DNA of 51,659 bases from Octopus bimaculoides (lineage: Eukaryota), in NCBI RefSeq assembly GCF_001194135.2, contig NC_068985.1, forward strand, positions 49,697,486 to 49,749,144. The letters run 5' to 3'. The notes beneath the pieces are model-generated. The model searched no databases. It saw only the letters and a list, made by a program, of their open reading frames with translations, and was not told the DNA's origin. The number at the start of each line of letters is the position of its first letter. Position 1 is the first letter of the stretch. Below are positions 11,561-22,380 of the stretch, piece by piece. Both the position numbers and the translations under genes were made by a program.

Positions 11561-12129
11561 GTAATCGCCTTTGTTTGGGTCCTTTCTCAGCCACGCTACC
11601 TCGACTCACAGAACCAAGAATTCACCCGTTCAGCTGTAAGTTATGTTACACATCGGTCACTGCCGTCATTGCTTCTCAATGGGGTGCGGGTAACAATGTA
11701 TGATTTTGCGAGCTTCTTTGACATGTCATTGCTCTTGCTGTTGCTACTGATGTTATTGCTGATACTATTTAAATAAATATTACATTTCTAGCATTGTGTA
11801 GTGAGAGATGACAGCGAAAAATGGTTTCACCTTTAAAACTTTCTCTCATCTTTCTGTCTTGCTTACAACACGACAAAGAATGTGCCATTTTGAAAATTTC
11901 TATAATTTTCGAAGATTTTCTTTCTTTTAGAATTTGCATCCTAGGATGAGTAGCCAAAATGATTGACCAGTCCCTTATGGTTCTAATCAACTCAGAAATA
12001 AGGTAGAATAATAAAATCAAAATTAGAAAAAGAAAAACAGACTTCTAGAAAGGAAAACAGGGCACGAACTCATAGAGCTTCAAAAACACATTCAGTTTTT
12101 CGGCGATAAACAATAACGACAACAGTACT

Positions 12130-12664
12130 TTCTACTATCGGCACCAGGCCTGGATTTTTTTTCTTCTTAGTGGAGGCATCTAGCCGATTAATTCTACCCA
12201 ATGCTCGACTAGTACTTATTTTATTGTCCCCGAAAGGACGAAAGGCAAAGTCGACTCCGATGGAATTTAAATTCAGAACGCAAAGCCGAAAGGAATACTG
12301 CTAATCATTCTGTCCGGCGCGGTTATGATTCTGCCAGAGCGCCACCTTAATAATAATCCTTTCTACTGAAGGCACAAGACCTTGAAATTTAGTGGGGAGG
12401 GGAATTTGGACTCAGAACATAGCGACGGGTGAAATGTCGCTAAGCATTTTACACAGCATGCTCACGATTCCGTCAGCTCGTCTCCTTAATAATAATAATT
12501 ATAATAACCCTTTCTACTATAGACACAAGGCCTGAAATTTGGTGGGAGGCGGGGGAGTCGATTAGATCGTCCCCAATACGCAACTGGTACTTTATCGACC
12601 CCGAAAGGACGAAAGGAAAAGTCGACCTCGGCGGAATTTGAACTCAGAATGTAAAGACAGACGA

Positions 12665-12709
<45 letters not shown>

Positions 12710-12921
12710 CCTTTCTATTAAAGGCACAAAGCCTGGAATTTGTTGGAGAGAGGACTAGTCGATTACAGTGACCCTAGTGTTTCACTGGTCACTTAGTTTA
12801 TCAACCCCGAAAGGATGAAAAGTAAAGACTACCTCGGCAGGACTTGAATTCAGAACGTAAAGATGAACAAAATACCGCTAAGCATTTAGCCCAGCGTGCT
12901 AATGATTCGACCAGCTCGCCG
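12130..12921 (-). mobile_element. Head-to-tail array of four SINE A copies separated by (AAT)n
   Basis: Copies at about 12130-12349, 12358-12488 (internal deletion), 12509-12667 (5' truncated) and 12710-12921. The plus-strand start of each is (c)tttcta(c/t)t; spacers are taataat runs. Confidence 0.88.
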
Positions 12922-13630
12922 GATCCATAACAAAAAATAAATAAATAAATAAATAAATAATAATAATTATTATTATAAAGAACGATGGCCAGATAACCAT
13001 GAATACAATATAATGGTTGATTTATGATGTACACACACTATTATGTAACACTCCTCCAAAAACATACAGGAATAAACTCATTCAGTAAATACCCAATAAA
13101 ATGAACAAACTCCACATCTGCCATAGAAGTCCGATACTCAACAGAAGAACATAACCTGCACTGCACAAACAACGCACAGTACAAAAACTAATACAACAGA
13201 AGGTTCAAACCAAACCCCATAACAAAACATGCTGATGCAATACAATATTCCCCAAAGGATAAAAAATAAAATAGAATAATAACGCACACACCTCACCAGA
13301 ACAAAAGTGGAGCAAGTGACGCCATAGAAAGTTACTTGAAACTGTCAGATGTCGAATAATAATGTTGGTGATGACGATGGTGACGAGCGTTACCTCACCT
13401 CAGTTTGAGAGACGAGTTTGCGTAGAAACTCTAATCGTAACAGCGAAAATGAGCTTGGACCGTTAAGGCAAGACCTCTCGCTCGGCAGTGGTTCAGTCAA
13501 GATGCAGACTGACCACAGCTGTTATCCTAAAACAACATCAGCAGATAATAGACTAAGGAGGAGGAAACAGGATAGTGATGCAGTGCTACTTAGAAAGTGA
13601 ACCTTAAAAAAGTGGGGGTTATAGAAAACG

Positions 13631-13856
13631 GATGCTATAGAAAAAATAGCAAAGTACCAGGACCTAGCCATTGAATTACAGAGACTATGGAAAGTGCAGG
13701 TAAAATGTATCCCAGTAGTTATAGGTGCATTAGGAATTATCCCTAAAAATGTGAACAGATTGATAGAGGAAATGGGAATAAAACCCAGTTTAGTACAGCT
13801 CCAAAAAAGTGTTATTAGGGACACCTCGGATACTAAAGAGAGTTCTTGGCATCTAA
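13631..13856 (+). mobile_element. R4/Dong-like (restriction-like endonuclease) LINE, 3' ORF remnant
   Basis: DAIEKIAKYQDLAIELQRLWKVQVKCIPVVIGALGIIPKNV...LQKSV(frameshift)LGTPRILKRVLGI*, matching the EKxxKYxDLA...PVVIGALG RLE terminus. Confidence 0.78.
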
Positions 13857-14716
13857 AGTTACTTGTAGCATAATGTTAGTTTTTCTTTTCCAACAATTCT
13901 AATTTGTTGTGTATATATGAATAATGAAATGTGTTATTTTGTATTAGAGTTATTTTCTAAACGATAATTTCTTATGGCAATAAACGTACAAGCTAACATT
14001 TATTTAATGATTATTTTATCGTTGTTAATTCAGCAAGTAAGGCCAAGGCCTTACTTGCATTGGAGGTGCAATATAAAGGTTACGCTTCGGTGATAAGGTC
14101 AGAGTAAAACCGAAACATGTTCGGAGTTGTTTCCCGTAGATGTCGAAATAAATACAGATATTGTTAGTTGCTGATTAATATCGCTTTTTATTCCACGCCA
14201 TATTTATTTCTAGTTCGACGTTATTAATATTTCCAATATTAAATATGTTACTAATAACTTACATATTTATGTTGATGGTCATAACGTTCATTCTTCTTTG
14301 TTTTAACTGAGAAAACGATTTTAACAGAAAGATTCCAGAAAGAAACAGTCCAACTGTGTTGGCTATGTAAGTGATTCTTCGATGCATTTATTTATGTGTT
14401 TAAATATTGCATTCTCTTCTATAACATCTTTTTAATAGCATGAAATTTATAAAACATTTGTATGACGAACAAAACATCTGGAGAGAGAAAATGGGTGAAA
14501 AAGAGAAGAGAGGGAGATTTAAGCAATACGAATAAAATGAAGAAATCAAGCTTGGCGATAAATGCTTGCCCAAACCGATATTCGGATATATTTAAAAAGC
14601 ATAAGCTTAATTTTTTTTTTTTTTTTTTTGTCTTTTGTTTAATCATATATTCAGGCATTACAGATTACCCTACCAAAATAGAAAGTGATTTTTTTTTACA
14701 CCGAACATTTCCAGGT

Positions 14717-14971
14717 NNNNNNNNNNNNNNNNNNNNNNNNNNNNNNNNNNNNNNNNNNNNNNNNNNNNNNNNNNNNNNNNNNNNNNNNNNNNNNNNNNNN
14801 NNNNNNNNNNNNNNNNNNNNNNNNNNNNNNNNNNNNNNNNNNNNNNNNNNNNNNNNNNNNNNNNNNNNNNNNNNNNNNNNNNNNNNNNNNNNNNNNNNNN
14901 NNNNNNNNNNNNNNNNNNNNNNNNNNNNNNNNNNNNNNNNNNNNNNNNNNNNNNNNNNNNNNNNNNNNNNN
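14717..14971. other. Assembly gap followed by (TA)n
   Basis: N run. Confidence 1.
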
Positions 14972-15015
<44 letters not shown>

Positions 15016-15295
15016 ACACAGACACACACATTCAATTGCATTGACTGCCTGGGTCTCTAAGTAAACAGTTCAGCTAGTACATCGGTACCGGAGCTCCTCA
15101 CACATGGAGAGATCGTGGCTATCCGCCGGGACATTCCTTAAAAACACACATACACCTAAACTTTGAGAGAATCTACCCTACTCCCCTTCCGGGGGCCTAA
15201 AACATAATTCATAGCTTATTAAGTAAGTAACTAGAAATAATTATAAGGCGACGAAAGAAAGGATATTTTAGTCCTTTTGTTTTGTACGGTAGATA

Positions 15296-15336
15296 ACTCA
15301 GGACACGTTTCGCGTTATTAGATCTCCTCAGTGAAG
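15296..15336 (-). ncRNA. Minimal hammerhead-ribozyme-like motif (Penelope-type), probably degenerate
   Basis: Minus strand ttcaCTGAGGAgatctaataacgcGAAACgtGTCctgag. Core CUGANGA, GAAA and UC are present; stems I and II are imperfect. Confidence 0.38.
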
Positions 15337-15559
15337 CAGATACTTCATCGTACTTTTCTATACTGCACATTATTTCTAATTAGCTTTGTAAAGATTACTA
15401 GATTAAATATACCAATATCGAGTTATGAATTAAAGGTTCACCAATAGGTGCTACCTGTTCTTCGTAATGCATAGAAATACGTTTCAAAATGTTTACGTAA
15501 TAATCTGATGTGACTGTGTGTACAGAGGCACCTATACGGGGCTGTGTATACATTCTCCT

Positions 15560-16150
15560 TAGGTCCGTTGGTACTTTTGAGCGGGAAGTCAGTGTTCGCC
15601 AATTATCTCCGTTTCTGGCCAATCGGTATGCTTCTTCCCAGATGATATTCAGTCTGCGTAGGTCTTCTTTGAAGGTACTACGCCATGTCTTCCTTGACCG
15701 GCCTCGTTTTCTCTTACCTTCCAGCGGCATGTAGCCCATGACTGTTTTGGCAAACCTCTCTTCTGGTAGTCTTAGTAGGTGTCCAACCATTCTCATTCGT
15801 CATTCTGATACAATTACATGCAGAGGCCTTATTCTTGTTGCTTGGAGAATGGCTTTATTTGTCACTCTGTCTCGATAAGTGATTCTTAGGATCTTTCTGA
15901 GGTACCGCTGATGAAATACGTCGAGTTGGTGGACGATTTTTGCTGTCATCTTCCAGGTCTCAGCTGTATAGATCGCTATTGGCAGTATTGTTGTTTTGTA
16001 TAGACGAAGCTTCAGCTCTATGCTTATGTTATTGCTACACAAGAGTGTTGTCAGTCTTCTAAATACTGCCGCTGCCTTGTCAATTTTGCTGCTTACATCC
16101 ATCTCGGCATCGCTGTTGCTTGTCACAATGCTTCCCAGATATGTGAGGTA
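15560..16150 (-). mobile_element. RTE-clade LINE, 3' ORF fragment
   Basis: YLGSIVTSNSDAEMDVSSKIDKAAAVFRRL...KLRLYKTTILPIAIYTAETW...FHQRYLRKILRITYRDRVTN, then (frameshift) RMVGHLLRLPEERFAK...KRKRGRSRKTWRSTFKEDL. Confidence 0.92.
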
Positions 16151-16223
16151 TGTGTATATATAAGGTCATTTATATGTGGCGGTGCAAAGAGGATATAGGC
16201 TGTTATAATAGGATCATCTAGAT

Positions 16224-16601
16224 CAGGGGTTTATCTATGGACCCTTTTGATTATAATTTTATTCTGGCGCCCCCCCCCCCCATACCATTCGATGTTTAAA
16301 AGTTTTATAGAAACTTCTTTCAAAATTCCTATTCTGTTTTTCAAACATTAACTTGTATAGGTTGAATTATGTAAAATGTTAGAGAAAGAAACCTAACTGT
16401 TTCTCGTAATACATACCAATACATANNNNNNNNNNNNNNNNNNNNNNNNNNNNNNNNNNNNNNNNNNNNNNNNNNNNNNNNNNNNNNNNNNNNNNNNNNN
16501 NNNNNNNNNNNNNNNNNNNNNNNNNNNNNNNNNNNNNNNNNNNNNNNNNNNNNNNNNNNNNNNNCCCCAAATCTTATATAGACCCCTGTTGAGAACCACT
16601 G
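16224..16601. mobile_element. hAT (Charlie-type) MITE spanning the 16426-16564 gap
   Basis: Ends CAGGGGTT... and ...TTGAGAACCACTG; flanks ATCTAGAT / AACTAGAT form a 7/8 matching 8-bp TSD close to the Charlie NTCTAGAN preference. Confidence 0.78.
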
Positions 16602-17110
16602 AACTAGATGGAATTGAGAAATATTGAGGATTACTAAAATATTCCATGTATTCTTTATTTGAATCCACTACAATGAGATATACGTGAACACTGATTGGAT
16701 GTGCTATTGGACTACCAACTCTTTGTCTCTTTGGTTCTGAGTTCAAACCAACTAAAGGCATTTTGGTGTGCATTTTTGTAGAGCCTTATTACTTTACTGT
16801 TGACCAGGATTTACTTTTTATCAAAGTAAAACTGGTCGAGAACAAGAGTCTTATCAGGTCACGAGTAAATGATCAGTGGTTCATATCGCAACAACAATCA
16901 TGCGATGTGCCCATAGCTAAGCGGCTAAACTGTCACTAGCATGAGTAGCTTTAACCCACTTCAGTAAAAAGAGAGAGAAAAAAGTAGAGCTATTCGATAA
17001 TTGTTGTTCGTCTCGTTTGTCTGCTGTACAATTTTGATACTCCAATTTATATCATGTGTTGAGAAAATGCCGCAGTGTAGCCAAACTCAGAGCCAGAGTC
17101 CATCACTTAC

Positions 17111-17172
17111 CTTGGTCAGCCTTATTAGTTTCAGGCTCTGGTTCTCATTACTGGCAATGTCTGACGATTGGT
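17111..17172 (-). CDS. Candidate 62-nt exon (D)QSSDIASNENQSLKLIRLTK, unknown gene
   Basis: Acceptor attaattgttgcAG|, consensus donor AAG|GTAAGT; open frame entering in phase 1 and leaving in phase 0. Confidence 0.45.
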
Positions 17173-17875
17173 CTGCAACAATTAATCATATTAGATAAAT
17201 CGTATACAGACATCACTAAGTGAATATAGTGTGAAAGTAGGGGGAAATCGTCGACAACATGGTCTTAATAAATAGTAGATTGAGAGAACTGGTAGAATGC
17301 CAGACAAAATGCAATAAGGTTCAGCTACCCATTGATAACCACTATTTTGATAAACATGGTTTTAATTACTGCCATCAAGTTCAAAGCTAATTATTCCTTA
17401 ATTTATACCATAAAAAATTTTATTACCGTGTTTCAAAAATTATGTGTAAGCATCTGTGAACGAACATCTGAACCAAGTATCGTGTCATATCTTCACTGCA
17501 GAACCTGTTTCTCTACCAGTCACCAAATGTGTAATGAACACGTTACACATTTGTTTGCAAATTTACAACGTGCCTTTGACATAAAAATTTTACCCCTCCA
17601 TGTTACTCCCACAAATCATTAAAAAAAAAATTATACCATTGCAGAAAATAGTAAAAAGAGAGAAAAGATATTACTTTAGATATGATAACCGAAATTATTA
17701 TATAGTTTGATTGAAGCTAAACAAAGCTAAAATCAGAAATGAGTACGTCATAATGCTATTATTTCCTGTATTCATTCACTTTACCCAAATCAAGTTAAAG
17801 CAGCATCGACATCATTATAGATTCAATGGGATCTTTTCTGTTTGGTTGTCAGCGGCTCCAAAAATTGAAGTTTAC

Positions 17876-17960
17876 CGAAAAAGTTTTTTAAATTGGCTAA
17901 TAATACATCTGTTTTCAGTGTTTCCATAGTAGAAGCGAAGCTACTGAAGCTTGCTGCCAT
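17876..17960 (-). CDS. Speculative first coding exon (MAASFSSFASTMETLKTDVLLANLKNFF) inside the MITE
   Basis: ATG at 17960 and donor CG|GTAAAC give 85 nt (phase 1), compatible with the 17111-17172 exon. It lies within a TE, so the fit may be fortuitous. Confidence 0.22.
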
Positions 17961-18044
17961 AATTACATAGAACACGGCGTCAAATTTGTCAACACTTGCT
18001 TTCTCGCAGATAAAAGACTTTTCAAAGACTGCTTGGATTCGCTT

Positions 18045-18058
18045 GTTACTATGACAAC
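18045..18058. promoter_or_regulatory. RFX X-box-like motif GTTACTATGACAAC
   Basis: Fits RTHNYYWTRRNRAC on both strands. This loose consensus is expected a few times by chance in 50 kb. Confidence 0.28.
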
Positions 18059-18859
18059 AAGCACGTTGAGAGACAAAAGAGTTCTCGTGTTCCACTTCTT
18101 ACTATCGAAACAGCCATGAATGTGTCTGAGGCTTACGATTGGCGAAAATTACCAAAATTTTCGAACTTCAATTACTAATAACTCTTTATCTATTGATTTA
18201 TAGCGAAAATTACTTTCACGTCATTAATTAGGATATAAAAGTGTATCATTATACTGAGCATGAAATCAATTCGAACAGAAAATTGACGCAGGCAACCAAA
18301 CAGAAAAGATCCATGCAATACTAAGAACTGAAGTTCGATAATGATAGAGAATCTTAATATTTTAGTTAGAAGACTGCAAACAATGTTTATTTATTGAGTG
18401 AAGGGTCCAGTTGTTGTTTTCTTTTTTGTTTTGTTTTTTTAAAGAGCTGCAATAATCAGTCTTTACTGATTGGCACTTCTCTCTATCGTGACTATAATAG
18501 CTTCTGTTCGTTAAATTTGGCTTGTCTCGTCTCGTAACTCCTCCATTCATGTACCCCAACCACTCGTCTCTCCACCCTCTATTCACCCTTGTAGCGTCTA
18601 CTCATCCAACTCTGTATTGACCACTATATTCAGTTCTTCACCAGAACATCGGCCCCTCTAGAATTTTCTCCCATTTTATACCTTTCCCACAGGTATCGGC
18701 CTGCAACAATTTAAACGTAACATTAACAGCATTAAGCTCATTGGTCTCGGAAGGCTTGAAAAGTCATGGACACTAAAGACCCTTGCTCAAGCTCAGTAAC
18801 AAAAAGATACAAAATGATGATCACAAAAATATACTGATCCCTAAAGTCATGTTTGAATT

Positions 18860-19560
18860 ATGTCGCATTTTTCATTGAAAAGTTGAAAGTATTACTAGAA
18901 AAATAATTTAGCTTCTGAATTTATTTTGATTCCTGATAATGACCATGGACATCCTAACTCAATGATGATTGTGCGGATTGTACTTTTTATCACCAAATAT
19001 GACATCGTCCGTGTTATAAGTGCAATATTCATGGCCTTTTATATTCACAGAAAATCCTCACAGACTGGGGAAGATGCTGTTACTTTTCAAGAATGAGAAA
19101 TTTCAAATAAACAGGTGAAAATATTTATGAATCGTGGGGAAAAAAAGTGACAGCCTGCAGCAAGAGAGCAGATCTTTTTGCCTGGATGAGCTTATGATTT
19201 TAGAGTAGCTTCAAAACTCTACTAAACGAAAAGACCTTGGCTTTGAGGATATTGATCCGGGAAGTGTTCATGAATTATTGGTTTTACGTTCAAAAGACGT
19301 AAGTGACGATGATTTTAATGAAATCAAGCATCAAAAGGAACATAATAAAGAAGGATGTTAGAAAAAAATAAATTAAAAAAACGGAAAATATTTCAAAGGA
19401 AAAGAATTTGATGAATTTTTTCAGGCTATAGTGTCGACTAAACAGCGTTTAATGGATATGGATCAGAATATCGACTGAAACATGAGTGTTCGTTGAGGTT
19501 TAGGTTATATTACAACAAAGAATTAACAATCAGAGATGCTTTTAAGCGGACAAAAAAGCA
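18860..19560 (+). mobile_element. Tigger/pogo transposase remnant (DDE to C-terminus)
   Basis: FILIPDNDHGHP (18919-18955, cf. LLILDNAPGHP), FLSPNMTS (18984-19007, cf. FLPPNTTS), LGFEDIDPGSVHELL (from 19236, cf. GFEDVDEDDVEELL). Confidence 0.75.
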
Positions 19561-19792
19561 TTTCTATGCTGATGTTAGAGCAGTCTTCGGTTTTCAGTAA
19601 CATATATAGCGTTTAAGGTTAAACTAATTATATTTGAAATATTTTATATTTTTTTTAATTTCCGCTTAAGGAATTTGGAAATTAAAAATAACGAAAATGA
19701 TTTGAGAAAATAATTAAAATAAAACTTATTAAAAATTTCTTTAACATCCGTTTTAAATGTTTATTCATTGACTTGTATTACTGTGTTGATTA

Positions 19793-20620
19793 TACTGGTC
19801 AGCAAAAAACAAGTTTTTACGCTACTTTGAAAGTAAGAAAGATAAACGGTTATTTCGGGGGCATTGATTTTAAATATATCATCAATTTTACCCCACCACA
19901 TCTAGTTTTAGAGATAGAGCATACCTCTTTATATACTGATGAATCCACTTATACGCTAAAATTAGTGACCTCAGTTGCACTTTACATTTTGGCGCCTTAG
20001 AAGTTAGACCTAACTTTTGGGTATATTTGAAACACTGAGTTCAAAAATGGCATGTTTTGCTATATCAGCTCTCATCGGTATGTTATTTTGATAGAAAAAT
20101 AGTACCATTAATGCTATTAATATATCATATGCTATTAAGACAACCAACCAAATGTTATTAAACCCGTTTATTTCAGTACAAAGATTTAGAATGCACTTCA
20201 TTCGAATTTATAGAAATTGCGACTCGCATAAAACATATAAAAGGACCATTCAGTGAACACATAAGATTCTTTTATAAGACTTTCTAGAATGGGATTCACC
20301 TAGGTAGTCATACTGAAGGTCCCAGCAGTAATGTATCATCATGTACGCATCTCAATTTCTCTCTTCCATTACATATGTATCTAATTTAATGAAAATTTCG
20401 TCTTTGAAAGCAGTTTTAATGAGTGCAGTGATAATGAACCGTCATGCTCATATTACAGCCAAGTTTATTAAAATTGGAGAGAATATACTAATTCAGAGTA
20501 GTCGGGTACATAACGGATGCAAAAACCAAACTTTTAGTAACTAGAACTAACGAAGACCATGCACAGGAATCAGTGTTGTTCACCGAAACTAAGAAATCTG
20601 AATCTTAAGCTCTTATTTGA
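19793..20620 (-). mobile_element. Chapaev3-type (CMC superfamily) transposon 3' part with terminus
   Basis: Minus KLGCNMSMTVHYHCTH (LGCNMS at 20446-20463) and VMEERN*DAYMMIHYCWDLQ...HSRKSYK match LGCNMSLKVHFLHSH / MExRYQG...MMADYCWxL...RKS. End tactggtcagcaaaaaa resembles a CACTG terminus. Confidence 0.72.
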
Positions 20621-20849
20621 GGACCATAAAAATCCTTGTTTTAATTTTTTCGAAGATAGGAAATTTACCGTATTAATGGCCAAAGTTTTTAACCTTTTGC
20701 TGAAATAAACTGATTTTATTGATTTCTGATTGTTTCAATAGCAGGAAATATATTAATAGTATTAATATTTTTGATTTAAAAAAATTAACACGTCAAAACT
20801 GACGCCAGTTTTGGAATCAAATATATCCAAGATCAGCTCTAACTTTTAA

Positions 20850-21067
20850 CCCATTAACTTTCAGATTACTCAGTCAAATGTAATGTTTATTTATTCACAT
20901 TGTTTTCAGTTACTCGTATTAACTTGTAGCTTGGGGGTTTCGATAATGTGATTGTTTATTTTTAGAATAACATTGTAGAGAACACACGAGAGGCCAAATC
21001 TTCCCAGTTTGAACATAAAGCAGGAAGACTATTTGGGTCAAATATGGCCGGTTTGAACGCTAAAGGG
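20850..21067. mobile_element. piggyBac-like MITE
   Basis: TTAA|CCCATTAACTTTCA ... TGAACGCTAAAGGG|TTAA: TTAA duplication, CCC/GGG ends, 10/14 TIR match. Confidence 0.72.
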
Positions 21068-21206
21068 TTAATGTATCAAAACCTAAAGTCCAACGCGAGG
21101 TCACTCATTTCAGCGCACGAGAGGCTACACCAACATATAAAGCTACATACTTATCTTCAAAACTAGAGATGACAGAACAAAACTGATGTGATATTTACAA
21201 TCAGCA

Positions 21207-21423
21207 AACCGGCGCGCTGACAGAATCGTTAGCACGCCGGATAAAAGACTTAGCGGCATTTCGTCCACCTTTACATTCTAAATTCAGATTCCGCCGAGGT
21301 TGATTTGGTTTTTCGTCCTTTCGGGGTCAATAAAGTATGTACCAGTTAAGCACTGGGATCGATATAATCGACTTACCTCTCTCCCGAAATTACTGGCCTT
21401 GTGCCCAAATTTGAAACCAATAT
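21207..21423 (+). mobile_element. SINE A, full length
   Basis: Collinear with the 8128 and 30257 copies. Confidence 0.87.
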
Positions 21424-21687
21424 TTATAATGAGAGTCCAAATATTATCAAGAGCAGGTCAACTTCTAAGACACCAAAAGTAGGTGACCAGTATCATTGTA
21501 ATCAGGTATTATTTAATGGCGATAATTAAAATAATTGAATATGCTATAGTACAAAAGCATTGATGTGGTAGGCATTAACCAATGTGATTTTCTGGTTCAG
21601 GACCTCGAAATGAGTTTAAAAAATAAAAAAAACTCACTCTCGGATCTAAGCCAGCAAAAATTGTTTTGTTCAGTGTCGTCATATGTA

Positions 21688-21919
21688 CAGTAATCCCTCG
21701 ATAGGTGAACCGTCATATTGCGGTTCACCTATCGCGATTTATTATTTAAGCTTACGTCGATTCCTCTGTGGTGTTGTTTTGCATCTATAATAAAATAAAT
21801 ATGTATAAATTATGAAAATAAAAATAAAAAAACAGTACTGTTTCTACTTCACGGATTTTCACATATCGCGGGGGGTGGGGGGGTGGAACGTAGCACTCGC
21901 AATAGTCGAAGTATCACTG
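21688..21919. mobile_element. Tigger-like MITE
   Basis: TA|CAGTAATCCCTCGA ... TCGAAGTATCACTG (11/14 TIR match); internal cacatatcgcgg motif typical of Tigger/MER-type ends. Confidence 0.62.
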
Positions 21920-22189
21920 CATTTGAAAATTTGAAAAATATCAATTCAAAAATTTGCTCAATGGTTCTAAACTTATAGTGGATACTATAAAGAGGAGTTG
22001 AGATAGAGCAGTATTTAATTTTTTAATTAGCTGTCCCGTATTTCCATTCCTATTGTTTATAAGCATGGTTTTGACATTCATTTTATATAAGAAAAAAACC
22101 TAGCTAGATTATCTCGATCAATGGTAAAAATGAAAACAATCAGAATACTAAAGCTAATTTGCAGCAGATATGTTGTTTAGACACCATAT

Positions 22190-22380
22190 CAGCATAGATC
22201 AAACATATTTTTGGCCAAAGGCGTTCCAGCTGTGACCATCGCTTATTTTTTATTCAGTTATGTTGCATTAAGGACTACATTCTCCAAAGTATTCTTTTTT
22301 AAGGCGGTAGGCTGTAATTTGAGAGAGAATTGACAATTGTTACAGCTGGATTAAACGACCACATAGTGGCTGCCTCGTCA
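22190..22380 (-). repeat. Interspersed family E copy
   Basis: Reverse complement aligns with the 3050, 42290 and 45170 copies (ttccagctgtgaccatc, ggactacatt, taatttgagagagaattg). Confidence 0.55.

Larger units (their letters stand above)
17829..18312. mobile_element. MITE with perfect 20-bp TIRs (GGATCTTTTCTGTTTGGTTG) and ATG/ATG flanks; superfamily unassigned
   Basis: 17829-17848 is the exact reverse complement of 18293-18312; ATG at 17826-17828 and 18313-18315. Confidence 0.8.

Noticed and set aside
11867-11940. Minus-strand AG/GTAAGC-bounded 74-nt segment (DANSKRKKIFENYRNFQNGTFFVV)
   Set aside because: Weak polypyrimidine tract, and its phase-2 exit has no credible partner before the 3476 exon.
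12130-12921. Repeat-spacer-like array resembling CRISPR
   Set aside because: Units are 130-220 bp diverged SINE copies separated by AAT microsatellite; there are no cas genes and the context is eukaryotic.
13044-13347. Possible solo LTR (TG...CA)
   Set aside because: No TSD, poor terminal inverted match, and no second copy.
14328-14366. Plus-strand 39-nt segment with a GTAAGT donor
   Set aside because: Isolated; no partner exon or homology.
14462-15064. Long ORFs containing X runs (also at 16379, 29346, 35055 and 39877)
   Set aside because: Artefacts of reading through N gaps.
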